From: Candidatus Brocadiales bacterium
Lineage (GTDB): Bacteria; Planctomycetota; Brocadiia; Brocadiales; Bathyanammoxibiaceae
Direction of reading: 5' to 3'
Length of the DNA: 64,000 bases
Assembly (NCBI GenBank): GCA_046758865.1
Contig: JBHIBD010000001.1
Location: forward strand, 7,443 to 71,442
Position numbers and translations under genes: made by a program
Part shown: positions 17,459 to 25,018 of the stretch, piece by piece
Layout of the letters: each line of letters opens with the position of its first letter
How positions within the stretch are numbered: position 1 is the stretch's first letter
The notes under the pieces: model-generated
Database searches by the model: none
What the model saw: the letters and a program-made list of their open reading frames with translations, nothing else
Told to the model about the DNA's origin: nothing

Positions 17459-18916
17459 TTATCTATGAATGTAGCTGAGCCTTAGGCCCAGGATTCCCTT
17501 TAACAGCACAGATATAAAGCCAGTGATACCGCCTGCACGTATCCGTCGGAGGACCTCCTTCCTGTAGAAAATAGGATTCAAGTAAAAGGTGGTGCCATAT
17601 CGCATCTTAATTTTAGACATGACAAAACTATTAATTACTTTGTAATAGGCCTCGACCAACTCCTCCTGTGACATGGACTCAGTTCTCATAACAGGTGGAA
17701 AATATCCAATATAGTGAGGGGTGGTATTGTATTTCTCCCAGTTAGTTTCCATTAGCCAGCCTCTTGCCTTCGCAATTTTATAAATTTCCGTGCCTGGGAA
17801 AGGTACTATGATAGAACAGGACACTGAGTCAGCGTCCAGTTCCTTCATAAAATCAATGGTGCGGTTAACTGTCTCCCAGGTCTCACCCAGGTTACCAACC
17901 ATGAAGAATCCATGGGCTATTATGCCGGCCTCTTTTGTTATGGTAACCGCCTTTTTGGCCTGCTCCAGAGAGATGTTCTTCTTGATAAGATTCAATATCT
18001 GAGGGTCACCAGATTCAATTCCGTAGGATATTAGATGGCATCCTGCGTCTTTCATGTATCGCAGTATCTCCGGATCAACAACATTCACACGAGAAGTGCC
18101 ACGCCACGTTATATTCATCCCCGAATCTATAATCATACGACATAAGTCTAAAACATTTTTTCTCTTCAGGGTTAATGTATCATCTACAAAGTTAAAATAG
18201 CGAGCTTCGTAGTTGTCATATAACCATTTGATCTCATTAAATACGTTCTCCGGGCTTCGAACCCTTAATTTTCTCTTAAATATTATATCTGAGGCACAAA
18301 AGTTGCATTGAAACGGACAACCCCTCCCAGTAATGATTGTAAAATAGCGCGTCTCTTTCTCATATCCCGTAGGGAATTCAATATATCTACCTTTGGCGAG
18401 ATCCTTCCAATAAGGCATGGGTAATTTGTCAATATCAGGAATCAATTCCCGAGGTGGATTTATATGTATCTTTCCATCTTTTTTATATCCCAGTCCCTTT
18501 ATATTGTTAAAATCAACTGCACATGATTCTATCGCATCAACCAATTCCACCAGGGTCAATTCACCTTCGCCGATTACTACGAAATCAACATCCTTTTCTG
18601 CTAAAAATTCCATAGGTAGTGCACTTACATGAGCCCCACCCGCAACAGTAATAATTCCGCGACCAAGCGACTTTGAGATCTCACAGCATCTCTTTGCAAG
18701 GTAGTATTGAGGAGTTATAAAGGATATACCCACCATCTCTGGGTCAAAGGCCTCAATTTCTGATTTTAGTTCATCAAGGTGCACATTAATGGCAGCCATA
18801 TCCATTGCGCGCACCTTATGCCCAAGCCCCTCGAGATAAGAGGCGAGATACCCTATACCCAAGGGTGGTTCCGGACTCTCACCTACTGCTGGCGGGTGAA
18901 TGAGCAGAACTCTTAT
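17459..18916 (-). CDS. B12-binding-domain radical SAM enzyme (N-terminus extended beyond the ORF-track start)
   Basis: TGRGCPFQCNFCAS (CX3CX2C) follows an N-terminal Rossmann-like B12-binding region. The reading frame stays open upstream of the track start (IRVLLIHPPAVGESPEPPL-GIGYL) back to an ATA at 18916..18914, which lies 6 nt after AAGGAGG. Confidence 0.8.
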   Translation of the reverse strand: MRVLLIHPPAVGESPEPPLGIGYLASYLEGLGHKVRAMDMAAINVHLDELKSEIEAFDPEMVGISFITPQYYLAKRCCEISKSLGRGIITVAGGAHVSALPMEFLAEKDVDFVVIGEGELTLVELVDAIESCAVDFNNIKGLGYKKDGKIHINPPRELIPDIDKLPMPYWKDLAKGRYIEFPTGYEKETRYFTIITGRGCPFQCNFCASDIIFKRKLRVRSPENVFNEIKWLYDNYEARYFNFVDDTLTLKRKNVLDLCRMIIDSGMNITWRGTSRVNVVDPEILRYMKDAGCHLISYGIESGDPQILNLIKKNISLEQAKKAVTITKEAGIIAHGFFMVGNLGETWETVNRTIDFMKELDADSVSCSIIVPFPGTEIYKIAKARGWLMETNWEKYNTTPHYIGYFPPVMRTESMSQEELVEAYYKVINSFVMSKIKMRYGTTFYLNPIFYRKEVLRRIRAGGITGFISVLLKGILGLRLSYIHR

Positions 18917-18995
18917 TGTTAGCCTCCTTTGTGTTAATGCTTAAGTAATTTTACTTTGGTTTATCTTTACAATGCCAAGAATGAAACGGGGTATT

Positions 18996-19214
18996 TTATA
19001 ATCTGCACCACACATAATACTTGTTACATTGGCTGCAGAGATGAGCAGATTCCTCTTGGCTTTTAAATACATCTCTGGAACCGTTGCACCTAGGGTAGCG
19101 ATTACTAACAAAACAATATGAAAAACACCACGTATTCCATCTTCCCAGCCATTGATTTCCTGCTATCACCGCCCAGTAGCTGTGTGTCTGCATTAAGGGG
19201 TAATAGGCCCTCAA
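18996..19214 (-). CDS. doubtful Cys/Trp-rich 72-aa ORF upstream of the B12 radical SAM gene
   Basis: TTG start with no clear SD. Contains WLG...CFSYC...CSQC..YVW, which loosely echoes the 61-aa zinc-ribbon ORF at 29805..29990. It lies in a region of decayed genes. Confidence 0.2.
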   Translation of the reverse strand: MRAYYPLMQTHSYWAVIAGNQWLGRWNTWCFSYCFVSNRYPRCNGSRDVFKSQEESAHLCSQCNKYYVWCRL

Positions 19215-19364
19215 CCTAAAGATTCTTTGTACTTAATATCATAAATGTAACCCAAATACATAAGAAAATCAAGCAATATCTGTAAAAATAATACATACGC
19301 AGCAACAGTGAAATGTCTATATAAACCAATAATTACGGGGTTGTAGATGCTGAAAGGGGATGCT

Positions 19365-19622
19365 ATATCTCTTTTGTCTTGAGCAGTTCCAGGGCCCTAT
19401 GGTAATCTTCGGGGGGTGTTGAAGTTCAGGAAGGCCTCGTTTTCCAACCTTCTATCCTGCCAATCTCTTCTTTTAATCCATCAAGGGATACGTCACAAGC
19501 CGCCGTATCTATAGCACGCACCGTATGGTCCTGGCTGTCTAAATAAGAGGTGAGATACCCAATGCCTAGAGGGGCGCTTCTGGGATATTGCCTATTGCTG
19601 CCGGGTGGATAAGTAAAATTCT
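19365..19622 (-). pseudogene. decayed N-terminal fragment of a B12-binding radical SAM gene
   Basis: Manual translation RILLIHPAAIGNIPEAPL*ALG / YLTSYLDSQDHTVRAIDTAACDVSLDGLKEEIG parallels RVLLIHPPAVGESPEPPLGIGYLASYLEGLGHKVRAMDMAAINVHLDELKSEIE of 17459..18916. It carries an in-frame TAG (19566..19568) and a frameshift, and the radical-SAM core is absent. Confidence 0.65.
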
Positions 19623-19807
19623 AACAGCGGAGCCCCCAATCTCTTTTTATTGCCTAGGTAAGCCGTTATTTTCATGGAAGAGGACAGAAATTTGTTTTGA
19701 ATACTCGGGAATCTTTCCCAGGGCCTGATTCTGCCAATATATTCTATCGTAGCGAAGCCCATTAAAATCCCTTTTTGCTTTAAGACCCTAATATTCCCTT
19801 ACGTAGT

Positions 19808-20545
19808 TTATATCGCACATTCATCTTTCTTCTTAAGCCTGCCAAAGATATTTGCTCGAAACCTAGACAAACTTTTAAAACGATTAACCGTCCTTTCATA
19901 CATGACACCCACTAAAAACGGAACAGGATGAAACACAAGATAGCTTGGTTCTGCTTCAACAAACCGTAATTCTATCTCTTGAAAACCTGCAGATTTCGAG
20001 TGTTTTAATATATCCTTCTTAGAATTTAATTTATAATAAGTTGGATAAACTTTGTGAACTGCACCTGAAAGACCTGTTACTTTATTTGCTATCAGTTTGT
20101 GGAACCAGTAAGGTGTTCCCCAGCCAATAAGCGAAACATAATGATATTTGTTTGGTGTGCGAAAAAAAAAGGATGCTCCTGGCTTCAAAACTCTGTAAAT
20201 CTCGTTCAAGAAAACTTCAGGTTTCTCAATATGTTCCAGAACATAATCTGTCCATGCCATGTCAAAAATATTGTCTGAAAATGGTAAAGTATCGTTCTCA
20301 ATGAGGAATGACTCATCCATGTCCTTATTATCTAAAACAACTGGATCTACATCAACCCCAACAACCTTTTGAACTTCCCCTCTAAGAGATAGTATCTTAT
20401 TATCGGATGTCGGCCCTGCTCCGATATTTAATACGACAAACTCACTCCGTATATAGGAACGTAACCAACGGTAGAAGATTAAGGTTCCACTCCTTGAGTC
20501 ATCAGGATAATACTTTTTGAATAATTGTAAACTAATCATGCACAA
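19808..20545 (-). CDS. class I SAM-dependent methyltransferase
   Basis: VLNIGAGPTS (motif I), AWTDYVLEHI and LKPGASFFFRTPN. Confidence 0.8.
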   Translation of the reverse strand: MCMISLQLFKKYYPDDSRSGTLIFYRWLRSYIRSEFVVLNIGAGPTSDNKILSLRGEVQKVVGVDVDPVVLDNKDMDESFLIENDTLPFSDNIFDMAWTDYVLEHIEKPEVFLNEIYRVLKPGASFFFRTPNKYHYVSLIGWGTPYWFHKLIANKVTGLSGAVHKVYPTYYKLNSKKDILKHSKSAGFQEIELRFVEAEPSYLVFHPVPFLVGVMYERTVNRFKSLSRFRANIFGRLKKKDECAI

Positions 20546-20675
20546 TGTTACAAGATTCTAAGCTTCCACTATTCCTGCACTTCTTATTTTCCTTGGCAAT
20601 TATTTCTCGAGATGTTTGTTGATTGAAATCAGACTCCCAACCATAAATACCCAGATGTAAAGAACTAGCCATAAC

Positions 20676-20924
20676 CTACCTCTGCAGGCTTATGAGCTGC
20701 TGGTCTTTTCTCTGCTGCGTTACTCGCCTTCTTAGCTCGAGATATTTCACATCAATCAAGAAGGGATACCACAGACCGTGGAGAAAATGATATATGGCCC
20801 CCCTCATTTCCGCCCAGGAAACCAAGCATAAGGAAATAACGATAAGATAAGTAAACAAAGGGCCTTAGAAGCAGCCTAAATCGAGATAAGCCGGAGTCGG
20901 TTAAATATATCCCCTAACAACCTC
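20676..20924 (-). pseudogene. C-terminal remnant of a family-2 glycosyltransferase, frameshifted in a G6 run
   Basis: Two frames together read RLLLRPFVYLSYRYFLMLGFLGGNEGG / IYHFLHGLWYPFLIDVKYLELRR, which matches PMFLRAFLYFCYRYFFLLGFLDGKEGLTFHFLQGFWYRFYVDAKIYEAKK at the end of GT2 13968..14936. The frame switch falls at the G-run 20798..20803. Confidence 0.6.
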
Positions 20925-22463
20925 TTAAGAAAGACCTTTCTTTTGTCTTCTACGCCCAACAATAGTAATAATGGAATTAAGTATAAATAGAAAAACAGTT
21001 ACCCTTATCAATATAGTAATTAATCCTGAAAGTGATCCATGTATTAATAGTAGAAACCATGGTAGGAAACAGCAACATATCATGAACCTATTGAATTTCC
21101 ACCGTCGCAAAAGAATTCTAAACATGAATAGGCAGAACATTCCGATGAGAGGTACTCCAACAAGTACACCAGGATATCCAAAGTTGATATAAAGTTCTCC
21201 CCACATTGTCCCTGCTGGGAGTGTGTGTGCCTGGGGTAAACCCATCTTTTCATACATTTCCCAGACAGATTTGTCCTGCAAATACTCCGGCAATGGCAAA
21301 AGATATGAAGGTAAAAGTCCTCCTATAACAGAGGTGTAAGTATACCCATGTAAGAAGTCCTCTTGTATTATTTGGCTAAGATAAAAATAATCATCTAATG
21401 CAAAACCTCTATGAGCCATAGCCTCGACAACCATCAACGGGTAACTTCTTTCTTCACTGAACCTCCTTGCCTGGGTCATTTTTGCTTCATCCAAACTTGC
21501 TGCAACGCCGTGGGTTCTATATTGACCATACATCGGGTAAAGTAAAAAGAATACTATAAGAAAAACAATAGCTTTTTTACTTATCTTTTGTTTTACCATC
21601 AGTCCCGAAAAAAGAACCGCCAGAACCGTTTGAAGCACACACTGCTTTGTCCCCACGGGGAGATAAAACATTATATCTAGTATCGTAAATATCGTCAGGA
21701 CTAGTTTATATTTTTTGTTCGATTTAAAGGCTGTGTGGCATAATATCCACAATGTAAACATTACAGGGAAATATAAGACAAAAATAAAGAGGTCGTAGCT
21801 CGGAACAAGAAGTGGATACGACCTTCTTATCCCTTCCATCTCCCACTCTGGAAGGTAACCGTAATAATGCCCGGTAAGCACAATTGATAAAATTCTCATA
21901 AGCCAACTCAACGCATAACACACGACCAAGATTGGCAGCCCCCGACGTAACACATTTATAATTTGATAAAATTCTTCTGTTTTTCTTAAATAACTTCTCA
22001 TACCCCTATCAATAGTTATGAATAGCACATTTAAAATAATCACTGAGGCACAAAAAATGGCTAATGGAAGTGAAATATTTCTTGGATCCTTCGTAATAAG
22101 AGAAGTATACCATAACTCCTCAAAAAACAGGTAGAATGTTAGTGGTAGAAAACAATAAAGTATCACCGACAAATTGATATAAAAAGCCGGGTGAATTAAA
22201 TAGGGATTCAGTTGCTTAAAAGTGTAAAGTCTCTTAATTCTTAACATAGTGAATAATTGAAAAAAGAAAGTTAGCAACATTAAACCTAATCTAAAACTAA
22301 TTGAATCGGGGTGAAATACGTTAAGAGAAACAACCACTAAAGACAGTAATAATAAAATAACTGCGGCTGTGAGTAGATTACCTTTTTGTAGATTGTACTT
22401 GACAGTGGCTGAATCTTTTGAAAAAGGTTCGAACTTCTTTTTATAGTAATGAGCCTCTCTCAT
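20925..22463 (-). CDS. polytopic membrane protein, candidate Wzy-type polymerase
   Basis: 512 aa with at least 10 hydrophobic segments and very low GC, next to Wzx. No diagnostic motif, so the function is assigned from context only. Confidence 0.5.
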   Translation of the reverse strand: MREAHYYKKKFEPFSKDSATVKYNLQKGNLLTAAVILLLLSLVVVSLNVFHPDSISFRLGLMLLTFFFQLFTMLRIKRLYTFKQLNPYLIHPAFYINLSVILYCFLPLTFYLFFEELWYTSLITKDPRNISLPLAIFCASVIILNVLFITIDRGMRSYLRKTEEFYQIINVLRRGLPILVVCYALSWLMRILSIVLTGHYYGYLPEWEMEGIRRSYPLLVPSYDLFIFVLYFPVMFTLWILCHTAFKSNKKYKLVLTIFTILDIMFYLPVGTKQCVLQTVLAVLFSGLMVKQKISKKAIVFLIVFFLLYPMYGQYRTHGVAASLDEAKMTQARRFSEERSYPLMVVEAMAHRGFALDDYFYLSQIIQEDFLHGYTYTSVIGGLLPSYLLPLPEYLQDKSVWEMYEKMGLPQAHTLPAGTMWGELYINFGYPGVLVGVPLIGMFCLFMFRILLRRWKFNRFMICCCFLPWFLLLIHGSLSGLITILIRVTVFLFILNSIITIVGRRRQKKGLS

Positions 22464-22514
22464 TTAATATCCTCTCAAACTCTTTCGGCCATCCGGTAAG
22501 TGTTCAGGTTGTGT

Positions 22515-23948
22515 TCATCTTCTTAGCAGTAATTTTGTGTTGCTACGCAAATCGCTAATCTCGAAGGGGATAAGCAACATCCCAAAAAGGACAGGGGCCG
22601 TCAACAGTTTAAACAAAGAAGGTGTATCTTGTAAGACCCCATCTAAGTTCATAAGTACCACTACAGTGATAAGTGAGGCCAGAATAGGCCTCAAGATATA
22701 CAATTGGGGCAAAAGCCCCTCTTTTCTGACAACATGTAGTAGCATTACAGAACCAATAGCAGTTGACACCACAAATGCCAGAGCCGCCCCCTCCAGGCCA
22801 TATACCCTGGCGAGGATAAAGAATAAAGGTATAAAGCTGATAAACCGGAGGGCCTCTGCCTTTATTACTGGGGTAATCTGTCCACAGGCCTGAAGGAGGA
22901 CCCTGAGATTCCAAAAAGGCGGAATAACGAAAATATATAAGGCAAACCATCTCAGCACATCAGCCGCAGGAACCCACTTCTCCCCGCCGAGCATCTTCAT
23001 AATATCTGTAGGGAACAAAAAAATGGTTACTAAAAACATGAGGGACATCCTTGTAAAGAAGAAATTGCTGGTGTTCAATCCCTTTTCTAATCTTCGAGGG
23101 TCGTTCTGAACCCTGGCAAAGGCCGGAAAGCCTATATTTACACTTAATGAAGTCATGCTGCTAGTGGACACTCTGCAAAGATATTGACTCCTTTCGTAAA
23201 ATCCTAGCCCCTTGCTGCCGAACATATAACCTACCAGCAGCTTGTCAATACTATATTGAAAGACTTCAAGACCGGACGAGACAAACATCTTTCCACTGAA
23301 GGCAAAGACCTTTTTTGCGGCCTCTGGATCAAACTTTAGACCATAAGGCCAGGAGGTAAAAAGCCTGAAACCAATATATAATACCCCCTGCAGGACTACC
23401 TCTCCAATAAATAGGCTCCACAGTCCGAACCCTGCAATCGCTGCGCCCAGGGCAGCGCCGGCCGAGAGTACTATTGCAAACCCTTGAATCAGAGACCAAG
23501 ATTTGAAATTAAACTCCCTCCGTAAAAGGGCCCCGTATATCCCACTGAGCAGGCCCATCCCTTTCACCACGACCAGCCCCAGGAAGAGCTTGGCCGTTAC
23601 TGCATCAAGGAGTCTGGCCAGGATTAGACCCCCCAGGAGCGCGAGGACAATAACCAAGGCGAAGGCGAACAGGGATAGAACAAGGATAGTTGACTCAAGA
23701 TTTTTGACACCCTTTATCTGGATAAGCGCAAGGGGGAAACTCCATGAACTTACAAAGAGGAGGATAGTATCAGCAATTGCCACAGTGAAGGCAAACTTAC
23801 CAAAATCCTCCGGGACAAGTATCCTGATTAGGGCAAGTTGACAGGCAAAATTAACAATAAATGTGCCGTATCTGCCGGTACTTACCCAAAGGATGCTTGA
23901 TAGTATACCCTGAGGAGAAGCCCCACCATTTCTAGGACCGATTGGCAT
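22515..23948 (-). CDS. Wzx-type flippase (MOP superfamily, polysaccharide biosynthesis protein)
   Basis: 477 aa and polytopic. The N-terminus IVNFACQLALIRILVPEDFGKFAFTVAI is typical of Wzx/RfbX-like proteins. Confidence 0.8.
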   Translation of the reverse strand: MPIGPRNGGASPQGILSSILWVSTGRYGTFIVNFACQLALIRILVPEDFGKFAFTVAIADTILLFVSSWSFPLALIQIKGVKNLESTILVLSLFAFALVIVLALLGGLILARLLDAVTAKLFLGLVVVKGMGLLSGIYGALLRREFNFKSWSLIQGFAIVLSAGAALGAAIAGFGLWSLFIGEVVLQGVLYIGFRLFTSWPYGLKFDPEAAKKVFAFSGKMFVSSGLEVFQYSIDKLLVGYMFGSKGLGFYERSQYLCRVSTSSMTSLSVNIGFPAFARVQNDPRRLEKGLNTSNFFFTRMSLMFLVTIFLFPTDIMKMLGGEKWVPAADVLRWFALYIFVIPPFWNLRVLLQACGQITPVIKAEALRFISFIPLFFILARVYGLEGAALAFVVSTAIGSVMLLHVVRKEGLLPQLYILRPILASLITVVVLMNLDGVLQDTPSLFKLLTAPVLFGMLLIPFEISDLRSNTKLLLRR

Positions 23949-23950
23949 CC

Positions 23951-24967
23951 TTAGTCTCGCAGCTCCTGGTATACCTCAAGAATCTTCTCTATACGATGCA
24001 AATATGTATACTCCTGAACTCTTTTCCATGCAGCCTCCAAAATCTTAAGTCGCAAGGCCCGCCTTTCCAAATAAAACTTGACCTTGTCTATTAACTCCTC
24101 TACCGTAGAGAAGTAGACCGCACATTCATCCTCTTCAAAGAATTCTAACTGCTCGTCCGTACGATTTGTAATCACGAATCCTCTACAGGCCGGAATCTCA
24201 AAAGTCTTCATGGAATGGGCACACCCATGATCGGCCCTTATAAAGTTAAACATAATAGATGAACCACCGCAGACCTTTGCCAGACTAGGGGCATATCCTT
24301 TCCAGCAGCCTCTCAATGGAGAGGAAAGGGGAAGGTGATTCCACTGATTCCCCCATATCTTCAGACCAAAAGGGACGAGGGCCTTAAACCAGTATTCATA
24401 AAACTCTAGCTGATACGTCCCCACATACCCTACAGGACTCTCGTAGTAATGATACTCACCATCAGACAAGGCGACTGGGTGGTGGATTTCTGGGTCGTGG
24501 GCAAGCGGGAGAACCTCCACCCTGCGGGCCCCGCTCAGATAAAATATGGGCAAGTGGGTTCGAGCAAAAGTAAAGATGCAATCGTAATGTTGGGTTGCCA
24601 ACCCGAAGCTAGAGTGGTGCAGCCCGGGTGCAACCAGAGGACCGTCACTGTAAAGGCAAAATAATAGGGCTGAGTTTTGTTCCTTAAATCTTTTTAGAAG
24701 TACCTCCTCATTAAAGTTGGTAAACAAAATTAAATCGGGCTGAAAGTGCTCTACGACCCTGCCCAGCGTTTCTGCCTCCTTTCTTAGCAGAGCCTGCCGT
24801 GATAGTCCGAATCTAGATATTGCCCTTAAGAGCAAATTATTCCGGTTCCCCCCAAAAAGGAGGTGTAAATGGGCCTCAAGCCCCCTGCGTGAAAAGGCCC
24901 TATAGTAGCAGGCCGCAAGGCTGCCCGGATAAGAGTCTGGTGTCACCAGAAGTATTCTGGGGTTCAT
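23951..24967 (-). CDS. CgeB-family / Glyco_trans_1_2-like glycosyltransferase
   Basis: SMKTFEIPACRGFVITNRTDEQLEFFEEDECAVYFSTVEELIDKVKFYL resembles the CgeB/DUF3880-type GT-B C-terminal half. Confidence 0.65.
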   Translation of the reverse strand: MNPRILLVTPDSYPGSLAACYYRAFSRRGLEAHLHLLFGGNRNNLLLRAISRFGLSRQALLRKEAETLGRVVEHFQPDLILFTNFNEEVLLKRFKEQNSALLFCLYSDGPLVAPGLHHSSFGLATQHYDCIFTFARTHLPIFYLSGARRVEVLPLAHDPEIHHPVALSDGEYHYYESPVGYVGTYQLEFYEYWFKALVPFGLKIWGNQWNHLPLSSPLRGCWKGYAPSLAKVCGGSSIMFNFIRADHGCAHSMKTFEIPACRGFVITNRTDEQLEFFEEDECAVYFSTVEELIDKVKFYLERRALRLKILEAAWKRVQEYTYLHRIEKILEVYQELRD

Positions 24968-25018
24968 ATTCCGCCGCGGACTTGGGAATGTTTCTTCCCT
25001 TTTTTCCTTAGCATCAGT

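Noticed and set aside
20546-20675. 45-codon ORF (MASSLHLGIYGWESDFNQQTSREIIAKENKK...) between the GT2 remnant and the methyltransferase.
   Set aside because: It is short, has no motif, and lies in a recombination-scar region. It is possibly another remnant, but that is unsupported.
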